In this document: positions 31,501 through 42,051 of the stretch, one piece after another
Position numbering within the stretch: position 1 is the first letter of the stretch
How the letters are laid out: each line of letters begins with the position of its first letter
Notes under the pieces: model-generated
Told to the model about the DNA's origin: nothing
Databases searched by the model: none
Seen by the model: only the letters and a program-made list of their open reading frames with translations
Assembly (NCBI GenBank): GCA_040285745.1
Contig: JAUFOR010000003.1
Span: forward strand, 1,054,001-1,118,000
Reading direction: 5' to 3'
DNA: 64,000 bases
From: Barthelona sp. PCE
Lineage: Eukaryota
Made by a program: the position numbers and the translations under genes

Positions 31501-31717
31501 CCTCTTCCTTGATGATTGATGGTTGTCTGAGGTATTGCGCACGCACTGGAGAAGGAGCTATGATCGATGAAGGTGTTGTTGAAGCCCCTGCACTGTCTTC
31601 TGGAGATGTAAAACTTGAAACTACAATATGTTGGAAATTATGATCACTGGAAGCGCTTGTCGCGGTCCCCGGTACGATTGAGCTCGATTCATCCTGTGGA
31701 AAATGTATTTCACTCAT
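28538..31717 (-). CDS. Large helical-repeat protein with C-terminal PH domain
   Basis: KEGWIDKRGG..WKRRWLSL...EELDEWFEKI PH domain. ATG at 31717 follows an ACCTTT leader; alternative ATG at 31744. Confidence 0.85.
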   Translation of the reverse strand: MSEIHFPQDESSSIVPGTATSASSDHNFQHIVVSSFTSPEDSAGASTTPSSIIAPSPVRAQYLRQPSIIKEEEEFVLESSDAFINTSLKRTAWDRLECPSKYIDTNLTFEKAFKLITDSVELKEFKGKLISALVVVSENLNLKNVSELDLTMVDRRILLSFARIFQDSFFFQTSSFEMSIYLWLLGFLINTFPALETEVIALISTILFSSTLAKYTTLIAQADTIIEHVTDQILENIPNDSCLPAAVIDFITTGVSIGYKKFDSRLFFRFQTFLELLVDPDVFHVYFLPLSVVATIDQLLSLLDVLLIMEPESIKVNPSQMIKLWDRLTQEDLSPCLLLIVFAITSPNTPGMFLSVGTPFIERASRYLLKQAISNDDPYYEIFLDDTLPHSRIETKLIPIVYPQLVLDFLTGKRDTNRIKLFYRLGINEKFFEQEFAKSITVALPSLTEVQRQSVKSPSPLSILKDLYNVVGEAGKRLLLQIGQRLNLDLEHIPEFDSERLSGLGTRARAEIMAIFCDFLTFVNGLSHKSPINHLFLASEGFYKFSLDNRKLIVDNMEEYRCLFNLVNDFNCVELADGKVIEECTYFLLSIAVSIAYSSPRSLKPIMPTIVDMFFAHHKFNDTISDIIVEACDVRLLNGLKFFKRYVYLIETYENKEFVEIASVLHKFCSKKFEELMTKTQFANAYVSKTCHVLEEVDLANIDPTMMNFASLVLEDVKFFARTEQSINADEASAVLLFIALLIIQPPEGCSLSVTSLFEIMELMNISLKTVLEVPQIKCLYAMYVMASKRMPSLCKGDDELFKWIFDALQFNTWVLGMSVSKMEDYFNVVEDIIYRMNSLYRMEEIEPLLQHLCALFKALVDDIQYKDRIYQLIALICGEDEHLIEIGRKADLILAPVKTSEIAEQMTVHADVNKHAKFEEEDVPDTPKVVVKKAPTLPEKEGWIDKRGGFFVFQRWKRRWLSLKNGIITWSETQKTEPIKRIYLSRFLGHSVRLLSNATAQDRYMSDNVIELVIPNLRVFPLSLDNEEELDEWFEKIFKTINNNPEPPKDLDVEGLLM

Positions 31718-31985
31718 TGGAAAGGTATGAAAACGCGAAAACATTGAGCTTAATGATTTTCAATGTACAACACAGTATTATCTGCTCCTTTTCCTCAAAA
31801 AAGACTTTTGTGATCACGGTATAATGCAACTAGCTTACTACGTAAACCTGATTTAAAAATTCTTCTGCACACATGCATTTTGTTTTTATCTCAAGTGAGT
31901 TGGCTTTATTACGGGTTTCAGAGAGGTGTGTGTAAGGCACAACTGGAAAAAGAAAAACAACAATAATATAAAAAACTCTGTTTAC

Positions 31986-34900
31986 TTATTGAGCAAAAGG
32001 ACTTTGCAACAATAAACTACTATCTCTAGAAAGCAAATTTGCAATTTCATCCTCCAATTTCTTTTTATCTAGTAATTTAAATATATACGTTACCAACAAA
32101 ACTAAGGAAGTAAACCCAAGAGCATAAGTGAAACCACTATAATCATAGTAAGCAGCGAGCACATACACTACAATGCCTCCCATACAAAAGAATGCATTTA
32201 ATATAAACATATTATTTAGCCACTGACTGGAAAAAATCTTTAAAAGAAATATATAAGAAATTAGCGCGATCATTAACATAATATAGGTAGTTACCCATGT
32301 TTCTGAAGTGACTGAAGGTGAAGGTTTCAATGATGATACCACCATGAAAATAAAAAACGTTTTTCGATGAACAGAGAGAACAGGCAACCCAATGTTGGAA
32401 ATTTTAACTATTGCTCTGTATAACAATGCAATGGAAACTACTAGAGAAAACAAAAAAGGTAAACCATAATGCATCCTACAGAATAAATGTGAACACGTAT
32501 CGTTGGGATATGCAATTATGATGTAATCAGAGTTGTTCAATCGTGTCACTCTAATGAGATATAATAGGTGATGCCAGGTGAACACGAAATTGACAATATA
32601 GACGATGAGGAAAACAAACAAACCAATTTGTCTGCGTATGTTTCGGTAAACATGAATAACCAAAGCTAGACCCATAGCATCCATTATAAGACATGAAGCT
32701 AGAGGGGTGAGGGTTACGTTGAACAACCAAGTGGCTGCACAAGCGATATCGATACCAAAACCAGAAACAAAAGGTAAAAATGGTGTCAAGAGAATGGGGA
32801 AAAGAAAAGTGAAGCGCAATGATTCAGGTCCACCCTTTTCACGCTGTTGCTGCTTCAGGTACTCCATATCAACATCTTTATATAGCACTGACTTAACAGC
32901 CATGTTGATATTGGAGATACTACAGGCATAAAATAGAAAGAGGGATACGACAATAATTGTCACAAATGATTTCAACAAAATCTCTCCAAGACTTCTACAA
33001 CGATCACAGACGCCGTTGAAGGGATTCTTTCCAACCACAAAACTATCGCCATACACGGGGTTGATCAGAGTATCGCACTCTAAACAGAGAATGCCGTGAT
33101 GGTGATCACTACAACCATTACTGGGCAGTGATTCTTCCAACAGGTATGTCTCCAGCAGTTCCTGTGTTGATTTACCGTAGTTGAAGACGAACGATTTTTG
33201 GTCGGAACAGAACTGAGTCAAACAGCGATGCTCCTTGTAATATTGCATCTCGAAATCAATCTCGACGAACTTACCCATCGGTGGAGTGATTGAGTTCCCC
33301 TCTATATAAGGAGGCAGTAAGTCATCAGATATACAAGAGGTAGAGTCGCTGTTGCTGATTGTGGCTTTCGGACAAGAAATACAGTACTGTTTGTGTGCTA
33401 GGAATTCGCCCTGTTGACAGGGAGGGAGTATGAATTCAAAATTAAGAGCTGGTGCACCCGGTTGCAGTAATGTAAGATTGAGAATCTGGTTTCGTGGCCA
33501 AACTTTGTTAGATTTAATACGTAAAATAGGTATAGTGGAGCCAAAAGTATGACTCTCATCAACAGAAAATTCAAGTAACTCAGCAGTTTGAGAGTCAAAT
33601 ATTACCAAATCCTTATTGTTAAAAACTTGATGCGTAATGATAAAAATAAACTCAGAACTAACACCATAAAGTGCTTTAGGCTCCAAAAACAATGTTCCCT
33701 TTCGTATCTCCGGGTAATTGACATGTGAGCACTGCGGAATACACTCATCTTGACACGTACACTTACCCTCAAACTCATAGTCAGGTGAGTTGATAACGTT
33801 GCGACACTTCATGTGCAGTTCTTCAACCATATTTCCACCACTTGTAATACTTGCATTACTATTTGGGAGCATTCCCAAGAAACAATGTTCAGCAGACATT
33901 GTAGCAACAGAGGTTAGATTCATATTTTCGCCTACAAAATAAATTGCTCGACCGGCAAAGACATATCCTAAAGTAAAACGGTCAAAAGCCCTTATAATCA
34001 GTGATCTTGAAACAACAATGAGAGGACTTGCCACATCAACGATCTCATACCCTTCGTCCACAACTAGATTACGAACATGTAGACTAGTAGTGAGAGAGCT
34101 CAGAATTAATGGTTGTCTTTGATGTGTATAATTCAATATGTAGTGTTTGGGAGTTAAAGTTACATTCACAAAACTTATAGAAGGTTGAAATGTTGGGTTA
34201 TGAATTGCAATGGTAATGAATGCTGTCTCATATTCGAACTCAATAAATTGCGTATCTTTAATAATGACATTAAGCATAAAATTCCTAGAAACAAACGAGT
34301 CCATCTCTGTACTGATGAACAAACAATCCTCTACATTAAGAGTTAATGGATTTTCGTTGATATTTGTGACAACAAACTGTGTAAACAAACAAGCTTCAAA
34401 AATCGAATTGGAAATTGTTTGCACCAACACATCACTAACAGAAGACATACTGAAGCCAACGCATAGTTTGAATAAGCAGTCCTTTAACTCTATAAAGTTT
34501 GCAATCGGCGTTCCGAAGAAGACTTCTACAAAAGTATTATTAGTAAAAACTGTATTACGGGTTGAAATACAGTAATCTGAATAAGCAACATAGGAGTTAA
34601 CCAAGGACACCGCGCCCACAGTGACAGGGTCGTTGCATCTTATGTTAGTCATTGTTGTTTGGTTAATTTCTAGATATCCAATGTCGAAGAAACCCAAATC
34701 AATCCCTGTAAAATAAGAGCGGCTAAAATATATGCTTTGAGGTTTAGCTCCATTATCGAATGTAAATACACTACCTATGAATGAAGTATCTTGAATTCTT
34801 AATACAATAGGGAGACCTAATTGCTTACCAGAAAGAACAAAATCCATTGTAAATTGAGAATTGATCAACTCAATTGAAGTATCTTGAACAAAAACTATGG

Positions 34901-36185
34901 ATATTGGAAAAGATTGAACAAAATCAACTATTTGTAGTGATATAGAATTCACCAACATTCTTTCGGGCAATGATGTGTTTGTTAGTGTTATTGAAGTGGC
35001 AAACAGTGAACAGTAATCAATTATAGACTTCTGTACATACAAAACTTTAGCGTTGTAAATTTCCAAGTTCTCGAAATAAGAATTCTTGAAATTAACATCG
35101 TATGAATTAGAACATTTCATTACTGATACATTGAATTGATTTAAATATACACGCATGGAGTAATTGACATCGAAATCCATATCTAAATTAACTCGAAAAA
35201 TTGAAACATTGTAAAAACTCGTTATTGCAAAAGGCATATGATTCCCACTGAAAAAAGTTGTATGATCAACAAAAAATGATGACCTATGCGTGTTGACACC
35301 TGTTAATGTGAGTTCACCAGTGTAACAAAATAGGGCACCTTCAAGTATCATATCTTTTCCGATCTTCAAACCAATGAGATCAAAATGTGAATAAAAATAG
35401 ACTTCGCTACGTTTTATCTCAAGCTTATCAAAGTCCCAATAGGATGATTTTGGAAAGGACATTGTTGTGTACAGAACTGATAACTCTCTCACATCCAAAT
35501 CATCTAGTACAACATCAGACTGTAGAAATTTAACTGAATCAGCAATCACAGTGACATTGTCACGTGCGGAAGAGAAAATTACAGAAGAAAACGTTGAGTT
35601 AAAAACAAAATCGCCCATCAATGTAAACTCGAAATTAATGAATCGAATTGTATGATGATTATAGCAGCTCCTGCAGTAAAATATGTTACTGTTAACCACC
35701 AAGATATTGTTTAGATTGAATGTTAAGTCATCCGCTTTGAAATTTGAAAACGTAAATGGTTGGCTTGTTTCCGTATTTATAATTTCTGATTTGTACCCAT
35801 AGAACGTCTCCGTGTAGAACGTATTGTTGAAATACAAGCTTGTATTACTCAATATCAAACTCCTCAACTTGATAGCACCATCAATTTTGACTCCGAGGCT
35901 TTCAGACTTCCATTTCTTGAATGTAATGCGATAGCTCATCAATTCCAAGGGATCAAAGTTGACGATGTGATCGCAATTAATGAGGAAAATACATGATAAC
36001 ATCCCTGTTTTTTTGCAAGCATACAGAGCTGCGTTCACGGTAAGGAAAGGATCATCTGACTTGCCTGTGTTCGTGTCATTGCCCGAATAACAGTCTATAT
36101 GAAAACTGGTTGCTCGCGTTACATTTAAGGTAACGAGGAACAAAAAAATGAGAAGGCAGTGTGTTTTTTGAGCTACTAGAAACAT
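31986..36185 (-). CDS. Large surface receptor-like protein: signal peptide, beta-helix-like ectodomain, Cys-rich region, multi-TM C-terminus
   Basis: FHIDCYSGNDTNTGKSDDPFLTVNAAL (typical beta-helix N-cap), PCQQGEF..CISCPK, GCSDHHHGILCLEC, about 8 hydrophobic helices. Confidence 0.8.
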   Translation of the reverse strand: MFLVAQKTHCLLIFLFLVTLNVTRATSFHIDCYSGNDTNTGKSDDPFLTVNAALYACKKTGMLSCIFLINCDHIVNFDPLELMSYRITFKKWKSESLGVKIDGAIKLRSLILSNTSLYFNNTFYTETFYGYKSEIINTETSQPFTFSNFKADDLTFNLNNILVVNSNIFYCRSCYNHHTIRFINFEFTLMGDFVFNSTFSSVIFSSARDNVTVIADSVKFLQSDVVLDDLDVRELSVLYTTMSFPKSSYWDFDKLEIKRSEVYFYSHFDLIGLKIGKDMILEGALFCYTGELTLTGVNTHRSSFFVDHTTFFSGNHMPFAITSFYNVSIFRVNLDMDFDVNYSMRVYLNQFNVSVMKCSNSYDVNFKNSYFENLEIYNAKVLYVQKSIIDYCSLFATSITLTNTSLPERMLVNSISLQIVDFVQSFPISIVFVQDTSIELINSQFTMDFVLSGKQLGLPIVLRIQDTSFIGSVFTFDNGAKPQSIYFSRSYFTGIDLGFFDIGYLEINQTTMTNIRCNDPVTVGAVSLVNSYVAYSDYCISTRNTVFTNNTFVEVFFGTPIANFIELKDCLFKLCVGFSMSSVSDVLVQTISNSIFEACLFTQFVVTNINENPLTLNVEDCLFISTEMDSFVSRNFMLNVIIKDTQFIEFEYETAFITIAIHNPTFQPSISFVNVTLTPKHYILNYTHQRQPLILSSLTTSLHVRNLVVDEGYEIVDVASPLIVVSRSLIIRAFDRFTLGYVFAGRAIYFVGENMNLTSVATMSAEHCFLGMLPNSNASITSGGNMVEELHMKCRNVINSPDYEFEGKCTCQDECIPQCSHVNYPEIRKGTLFLEPKALYGVSSEFIFIITHQVFNNKDLVIFDSQTAELLEFSVDESHTFGSTIPILRIKSNKVWPRNQILNLTLLQPGAPALNFEFILPPCQQGEFLAHKQYCISCPKATISNSDSTSCISDDLLPPYIEGNSITPPMGKFVEIDFEMQYYKEHRCLTQFCSDQKSFVFNYGKSTQELLETYLLEESLPSNGCSDHHHGILCLECDTLINPVYGDSFVVGKNPFNGVCDRCRSLGEILLKSFVTIIVVSLFLFYACSISNINMAVKSVLYKDVDMEYLKQQQREKGGPESLRFTFLFPILLTPFLPFVSGFGIDIACAATWLFNVTLTPLASCLIMDAMGLALVIHVYRNIRRQIGLFVFLIVYIVNFVFTWHHLLYLIRVTRLNNSDYIIIAYPNDTCSHLFCRMHYGLPFLFSLVVSIALLYRAIVKISNIGLPVLSVHRKTFFIFMVVSSLKPSPSVTSETWVTTYIMLMIALISYIFLLKIFSSQWLNNMFILNAFFCMGGIVVYVLAAYYDYSGFTYALGFTSLVLLVTYIFKLLDKKKLEDEIANLLSRDSSLLLQSPFAQ

Positions 36186-36727
36186 ATATTTTGAGACTTA
36201 ACGTCCCATTTATCCTGAGAAAGGCATTGGAAACCAAATGTCTGGATGAAAGGAGGAAAAAAAGATTTACGTGATATATTTAGCTTAAGCACTTTCCGTA
36301 TCGATTTGTGGGTAGACATGCATTTTTCAACCCGTAAAACTGTAAAATGAACCTTGAAAGTGTGGTTGTCATTTTTAGCTATTATGTTTTCTTTTCAAAA
36401 AGGCAGTAGCTCATCTGTCACATTTGAATGTGGTATATAGAGCTATTTACATGGTTAAAGTAGCGATTTACAAAGATATAAAAAATGGTAGGTAGAAACA
36501 AAGTGGAACGCTGAATGTGATATACAGCATTCATTATTCTGACCCAAACAGGTCACAGCATAAACAAATAGACACAACTAAAGGAATCACTATTTTGGAA
36601 AATTGACAGGATTCTTTAAACACCTTTGCATTATTCATAGAGTAGGCATCATTCCCAGATCAAGCATTCTTTTATATCAAACATTTCAGTTTAGTGATGA
36701 AGTCTTATATTTCTCTTTTTTCCTTTG

Positions 36728-37330
36728 ATGTCTTATCAAGCTCCTCCCGGTTATCAAGCTCCTCCCGGCTACCCAGTTCAGCAACCTGTTACATATGTTG
36801 CCGTACCCGTAGCTCAACCTGGTTATCAAGTGAGTAATCCTCAATATCCTGCTGCTATTCCTGTCGCTGCCCCTCAACCGTCAGTTGTACGAGGCCCCTC
36901 TGCCACAGCTACAGCTGCAGCAGCAGAGTGTGGTTGGTTAACATTACAATTAGTTTTTGTTTGGATCATGCTGATTAGTTTAGGTATTGGAATGGCAACC
37001 ACGCTCATAATGTTTTTTGTCTTCCCTCCGCTCTTTATTGTCTTTGCTATTTGTCTCGTTTTCTTCATAATTGAGATTAAAATTTACAAGGCTCTTACAG
37101 CCAAACCTAAGAATCTTAAGCACCTTGGCAATATATTTGTATACCGCCTCGTCTTTGGTATCCTCTCAGCCATTTCTGCCATTGCAGGAGCTAATAGCTC
37201 TACATTCTTCAGTTTGGTTGTTACATTCTTTGTAGTTTACTCAATGCACAAGACACATGACCACTTTAAGAAGATTTTTGATGCCAGTCAATCAGTAGAA
37301 GCTGCTCCTGTTTATACTGGTCCTCGATAA
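36728..37330 (+). CDS. Membrane protein with P/Y/Q-rich N-terminus and ~4 TM helices
   Basis: MSYQAPPGYQAPPGYPVQQP followed by hydrophobic segments. Confidence 0.8.
   Translation: MSYQAPPGYQAPPGYPVQQPVTYVAVPVAQPGYQVSNPQYPAAIPVAAPQPSVVRGPSATATAAAAECGWLTLQLVFVWIMLISLGIGMATTLIMFFVFPPLFIVFAICLVFFIIEIKIYKALTAKPKNLKHLGNIFVYRLVFGILSAISAIAGANSSTFFSLVVTFFVVYSMHKTHDHFKKIFDASQSVEAAPVYTGPR
36733..36768 (+). repeat. Tandem 18-bp coding repeat x2 (YQAPPG)
   Basis: TTATCAAGCTCCTCCCGG repeated twice. Confidence 0.85.
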
Positions 37331-37350
37331 TTTTTGCTTTTGTTAATAGT

Positions 37351-38496
37351 CTATTGTAAAGCTTTTTGTATCATTGACATGACACTAGCAGATTGTTCTT
37401 GACTGAATTTCCTTAATGTGTGTTCACTAGCAACACGTATGGCATCTGTGACTAATTGGCTGTGATCAATATCAATTACTTTTCTGATTTCTTTCTGAAG
37501 AGTATTATAGCATTTATCAGGCCTTTTGTTTGATGCTAGTTCCTGAACCATTACGTGTATGTGATGTGTGAAGCGATGCAAATATAAAGGTGCAAGATAT
37601 TTCACAAAAATTGGATAACATAGAATCGTAACATCAATATCAATGTCTAAAAATCCTTCTATGAATAATTGTGCCTCTTTAAGATACTCAGATATAGTCT
37701 TTGATTGAATAATCTCCTTTAAAAAATTCTCCAAATTTCTGTTCAACACACTGCTGATGTTTATCAACAAAAATCTTGAAATATGTTCATCATCAATTGA
37801 AAGTACACGGAGTACACGCAATACCTGTCTATATCGCTGGCAAAAGTTTTCACTAATATTTTTTATCGATTTATAAGTTTCTTTTTTGTAAATTTCAATT
37901 GCACCATCAATAATCAAGAACGAAATGATTCTATCATCTAAATCAAGTGTTCTTAGGTAGCCAAAATGCTTTAACATATCCACAGAGGTGATATTATAAT
38001 CTGAAAAAGTATTCAGCAATTCTTTAATTATTAATTGCTTGCATTCTTGCATTGATTCAAAAATTGAACCTAATAATCCACTACCCTTCTCCTTACCAAA
38101 CTTATTAACTAAACTTACAGCATACTCAAACTCTTTTTCTTCTATACATCCATTAACAATATTATAAAGATCTAAAAGCATTATATGCTGATTAAAGTTT
38201 GTTAACACCTTTAAATTAACATTCTTTTCGTCCATGATGTGTGTAAACCGCTCCCTTTGTGTAGATAGATCTATGGTTATGTCTTCTACAATGGAATTAC
38301 AATGGTTAAGAGTTTCTGTTGATTTTTTGTAAAATTGTTCTGTTTCCCGTGTTAAATTGCCCGATTCTATGAGAAGTCCAAAGTTGTTCACTAACATATT
38401 GTGCTCTTCTGCCTTCAATTTTTCTACAGAGTTTTGCAAATCCTCAGGAATCTCCTTTAGGGAATTTATATAAGATAAATTCAACGGAAATGCCAT
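37351..38496 (-). CDS. COG8: Conserved oligomeric Golgi complex subunit 8 (Dor1-like)
   Basis: HNMLVNNFGLLIESG, LLDLYNIVNGCIEEKEFEYAVSL and LKHFGYLRTL align with the COG8 pattern. Confidence 0.7.
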   Translation of the reverse strand: MAFPLNLSYINSLKEIPEDLQNSVEKLKAEEHNMLVNNFGLLIESGNLTRETEQFYKKSTETLNHCNSIVEDITIDLSTQRERFTHIMDEKNVNLKVLTNFNQHIMLLDLYNIVNGCIEEKEFEYAVSLVNKFGKEKGSGLLGSIFESMQECKQLIIKELLNTFSDYNITSVDMLKHFGYLRTLDLDDRIISFLIIDGAIEIYKKETYKSIKNISENFCQRYRQVLRVLRVLSIDDEHISRFLLINISSVLNRNLENFLKEIIQSKTISEYLKEAQLFIEGFLDIDIDVTILCYPIFVKYLAPLYLHRFTHHIHVMVQELASNKRPDKCYNTLQKEIRKVIDIDHSQLVTDAIRVASEHTLRKFSQEQSASVMSMIQKALQ

Positions 38497-38572
38497 TTTT
38501 GCCCTCAATAATTGATCTGAATATTGTTGATCAGGTTGAAAAGGTTGTTTTCCGTATTACATCTTCTTCTAC

Positions 38573-40621
38573 ATGGGTCACAAGTCACAGTATTCTGTAT
38601 TGGTCGACAGCTTCCTTGACAGGTACAGTAAGGTTTGCGAAACCATGAAAACGTCTCCAGAGTCACATCTTCTTGTATCTTTGCTTCAAACAGTCACCGA
38701 TCATAAAGGATCAGACATTAGCACCCCGGACATTAAACTTACGATCTCAGGAACGACAGAACAAGTAACCGCATTCTTTAAATCGTGCGAAAATCATGCT
38801 TTGACTCCTTTTATTATTTCATTGATAGTATGTGATGTCAATGTTCATGAAACCATTCTTATTCAGTCCCTGTGTGGGTTTATCAGAAATAGAAGTTGTA
38901 ATCTACGAGTTTTATCTTTTTCCAATTGTTTTGTGGATATGAAGGCTATTAAACTGATTGTTACAAGTCTCAAGCGTGATATACTGCGTCTAAACCTTCT
39001 GGAATTCATCAGCTGTGGCTTAAATGATGAGATGCTTGAAGTTTTAGGAACATTTTTTTCCTTTGATCCTTCAGTCAAGAGACTAAATCTTTCAAACGAT
39101 TTTTCTTCTGAGAAGGAGATCCCTGTCCCAATTCGCACATTCTGCGCCGATCTAAAGAGTCGTCTGGGCCGTATTAGAACTATTACCGAACCAGACTGGA
39201 AACAAGTCCCCAGTATCGAAGGGTCAGCGAATTTGAACGCATTCAGTTTTGAAGCTTTACAAAGTTTCTTCACCCAACTTGACTCTAATGACACATTGGA
39301 GAGCATATCGTTGTTTGCTCTACCAATTTGTTTACAAGAAGCGTTAATGCTTCTCTTCAAAGCTAAGGAAAGGGATCTGGTCTCTATCGGAATCTCACTT
39401 CCGCATCCGTACATGCCCCATCTAGCGCATTTCAGGCACCAGGTTGGTATTGAACAGGAAGACTTGGAGTTGTTGAGTGAGATTTTAACGTATGATGGTC
39501 TTCTTGTTGATTTTGGAGTTTTAGTCTTTACTACAGCACATAAAGTATTCAATCCGAAGAACACATCCCGCGTTCGTCAGAAAATGAGCATTTCCAAGGG
39601 TGGTGCTCTGAGAAAGAATCGTCGAAATTTAAAGTTTGATGAAAACGCTTATGACCCCACATCAAAGAAATCTGAATTAAGGGTGTCAAGAACACGTAGG
39701 ACAGTAGCATACTCGCCCAAGAACCGCACGTTTAACCAGCCTACGCTTTCATCAAGCTTGAAGAAAGGTAACAGGAATGCAAGACCACTTCGTTCGCCAC
39801 ATGTATCTCCCAGAAGATCCCCAATCAGATCCCCCCGCTATGAATCAGAATATGATGATAGCAGTGAAGAAGAGTCTGTCCCCACTGTAGATATAGCATT
39901 GTCAAATTTAACAGTTTTAAGGGAAGACGAATCTCCTTTAATGAGAAAGACTAAACCTACTATAACTGAGATGAACGATTTGCAGGTGAATTCAATTCGT
40001 TTAACAGAGATGCTTAGTGAAGCGCAGGGTAGGTTAAAAACATTGGAAGGTGATATTGAACTGCGAGAGAGAAAGAAGAAGGGAATTAGTGATATTTATG
40101 AAGGTTTTGGTAAGGTATTACAAGATCTAAGCGTGGAAGATGCATTTTTGGAACAAACAAGAGATAGTATTGTTAAATACGGTGAAACTATAAATGTGGA
40201 ACTGGAAAAGAAGCTGGAACAGCGTGATCAACTCAGAAAAAGTGTCGTTTCCTTGAAGGAATTGCATGAAAAGCAGACAGAGAAGATTATGGAACTACGA
40301 TTTGATATCGATCGTGAGTGCGGTCTGTCACCAGTTGTTGAGAAGAAAGCTCTTATTTCACATTCTTCACCAACACAGTTGTTTAAAGATGCTATTAATG
40401 AAACTGATACTGAAAGTAATACTTCACCGTTCAAGAGCAGACTTGAATCGCCAGATAGACTTTCCGTTGTTAAGGAGGAACCTCTATTTACCAGTCCGCC
40501 TTCTAAACTGGTTGCTAATCTTGCTAAAGCTGTAATGGGTTTTAAGAGAACAGGCGCATCTAGGTCTGATAGTATTGATGAGAAGAAGAAGAGGCTTCAG
40601 GCTTTAAGGGCCCAGCGTTAG
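38573..40621 (+). CDS. RNI-like leucine-rich repeat protein with C-terminal coiled coil
   Basis: LRVLSFSNCFVD, LNLLEFISCGLND, VKRLNLSN repeats; SP-rich linker; coiled coil. Confidence 0.8.
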   Translation: MGHKSQYSVLVDSFLDRYSKVCETMKTSPESHLLVSLLQTVTDHKGSDISTPDIKLTISGTTEQVTAFFKSCENHALTPFIISLIVCDVNVHETILIQSLCGFIRNRSCNLRVLSFSNCFVDMKAIKLIVTSLKRDILRLNLLEFISCGLNDEMLEVLGTFFSFDPSVKRLNLSNDFSSEKEIPVPIRTFCADLKSRLGRIRTITEPDWKQVPSIEGSANLNAFSFEALQSFFTQLDSNDTLESISLFALPICLQEALMLLFKAKERDLVSIGISLPHPYMPHLAHFRHQVGIEQEDLELLSEILTYDGLLVDFGVLVFTTAHKVFNPKNTSRVRQKMSISKGGALRKNRRNLKFDENAYDPTSKKSELRVSRTRRTVAYSPKNRTFNQPTLSSSLKKGNRNARPLRSPHVSPRRSPIRSPRYESEYDDSSEEESVPTVDIALSNLTVLREDESPLMRKTKPTITEMNDLQVNSIRLTEMLSEAQGRLKTLEGDIELRERKKKGISDIYEGFGKVLQDLSVEDAFLEQTRDSIVKYGETINVELEKKLEQRDQLRKSVVSLKELHEKQTEKIMELRFDIDRECGLSPVVEKKALISHSSPTQLFKDAINETDTESNTSPFKSRLESPDRLSVVKEEPLFTSPPSKLVANLAKAVMGFKRTGASRSDSIDEKKKRLQALRAQR

Positions 40622-40842
40622 GCCTTGGTATTTGTTTGTTTATGTTGTTAAATTGTGTTATTTTGGTGTAAAGTGCCGTAGTTTTTTTTTTTTCCAAACT
40701 GAATTCAGGGTTTCTTAGTATTCCTGGCTTCAGTAATATTTTCCACGTGAAAAAATGTCCCAGATCCAGAAAATTCCGTTAAATGTGCTTGTAGTTTGAG
40801 TTAATTTGTTTTTCGGTTCCTTACCCTTTATTGTTGATTCTA

Positions 40843-41832
40843 ATGTTTAACGATCTCTTACAGGGGTTTTTGCGCACACTCTTAGGTTGGTCTGTAATGA
40901 TACCGTTTTTAATTGGATTTGCGTTTTTGTTGTTCTTCTTAGGCTTCGAGTCAGCCAAGAGGAAGCCACATATCAAAATTCCTGCTGGCACAAAGTATTA
41001 CAACGTCGAGGAAAAAGACGTCAGCGATGAGGACGATAAGTACATTTTGTTCAAAAGTTCTGAATACGATTTATCTGTTGTCGTTCCTGCTTATAACGAA
41101 GAGGATCGCATCACGACAATGTTGGACGAGACGACAGGGTTCTTAAAGGGTACAAATCTTTCATACGAAATTATTGTGGTTAATGATGGTTCAGCAGATA
41201 AAACGACTGAGACAGTTCTCAGCTACGCAGAGGACAACAGCATCGATAACATCCGTGTTATTGAATTAGGTGCCAATCGTGGTAAGGGTTTTGCAGTCCG
41301 TTGTGGAGTCTTTCATAGCGCAGGAAATCTTATTCTGTTTGCGGACGCAGATGGTGCTACCGACTTCCAGGACTATGACAAGGTTGCTGATCGCTTGTAT
41401 GCATTAAATAATGAAAAAGCTGTGGCTATTGGTAGTAGAGCTCATTTAGCTGAAGAAGATGATGTTTCCATAAAAAGACATAAGTTAAGAGTATTACTCC
41501 AACAGGGCTTCCATTTATTTGTTAAATTTGTTACTAGATTACCAATAGAAGATACTCAATGTGGTTTCAAGTTATTTACTCGTCGAGCTGCTCAAGAAAT
41601 TTTCACCTCAATGCACGTTAACAGATGGATTTTTGATGTGGAAGTGTTGATTTTAGCAAGGTTAATTGGTTGTAAGGTTGAAGAAGTGCCTGTTAATTGG
41701 GAAGAGATTGATGGTTCAAAGTTGAATGTTGCATCAGCTACCGTGGAAATGTTTATTGATTTGATAAAACTGTCAGTAAGATACTCACTGAAGTTCTGGA
41801 AGCCTATCGATTTCTCTGAAGAAGAATTATGA
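40843..41832 (+). CDS. ALG5: Dolichyl-phosphate beta-glucosyltransferase
   Basis: LSVVVPAYNEEDR, NRGKGFAV, FADADGAT, IGSRAHL, DTQCGFKLFTR, WEEIDGSKL. Confidence 0.95.
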   Translation: MFNDLLQGFLRTLLGWSVMIPFLIGFAFLLFFLGFESAKRKPHIKIPAGTKYYNVEEKDVSDEDDKYILFKSSEYDLSVVVPAYNEEDRITTMLDETTGFLKGTNLSYEIIVVNDGSADKTTETVLSYAEDNSIDNIRVIELGANRGKGFAVRCGVFHSAGNLILFADADGATDFQDYDKVADRLYALNNEKAVAIGSRAHLAEEDDVSIKRHKLRVLLQQGFHLFVKFVTRLPIEDTQCGFKLFTRRAAQEIFTSMHVNRWIFDVEVLILARLIGCKVEEVPVNWEEIDGSKLNVASATVEMFIDLIKLSVRYSLKFWKPIDFSEEEL

Positions 41833-42051
41833 TGATGTAATAAATTTTGAGGTGTTAAAACTTTATTTTTATGATATTGTTGAGTGTAAATGAGGATTGG
41901 TGGTGCATATAATTCATACATGGATCTTTTTCATGTGTTTTTCATTCACGTTTATGGTATTGGTTCACAACTTACTTGTATTCTGGTTTTCGCACTTTTT
42001 CGCAGCCCATTGATCGTATCTTTTCGATCTTACGCTGTTGCATAGCTAAAT

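Noticed and set aside
36598-36615. AAATTGACAGGATT resembles an SSU rRNA fragment
   Set aside because: Too short, and the flanks show no rRNA similarity.
38863-39564. 233-aa antisense ORF inside the LRR gene (similar ones at 13835-14968 and 45529-46104)
   Set aside because: S/L/F-rich translations typical of the reverse complement of real coding sequence; no motifs.
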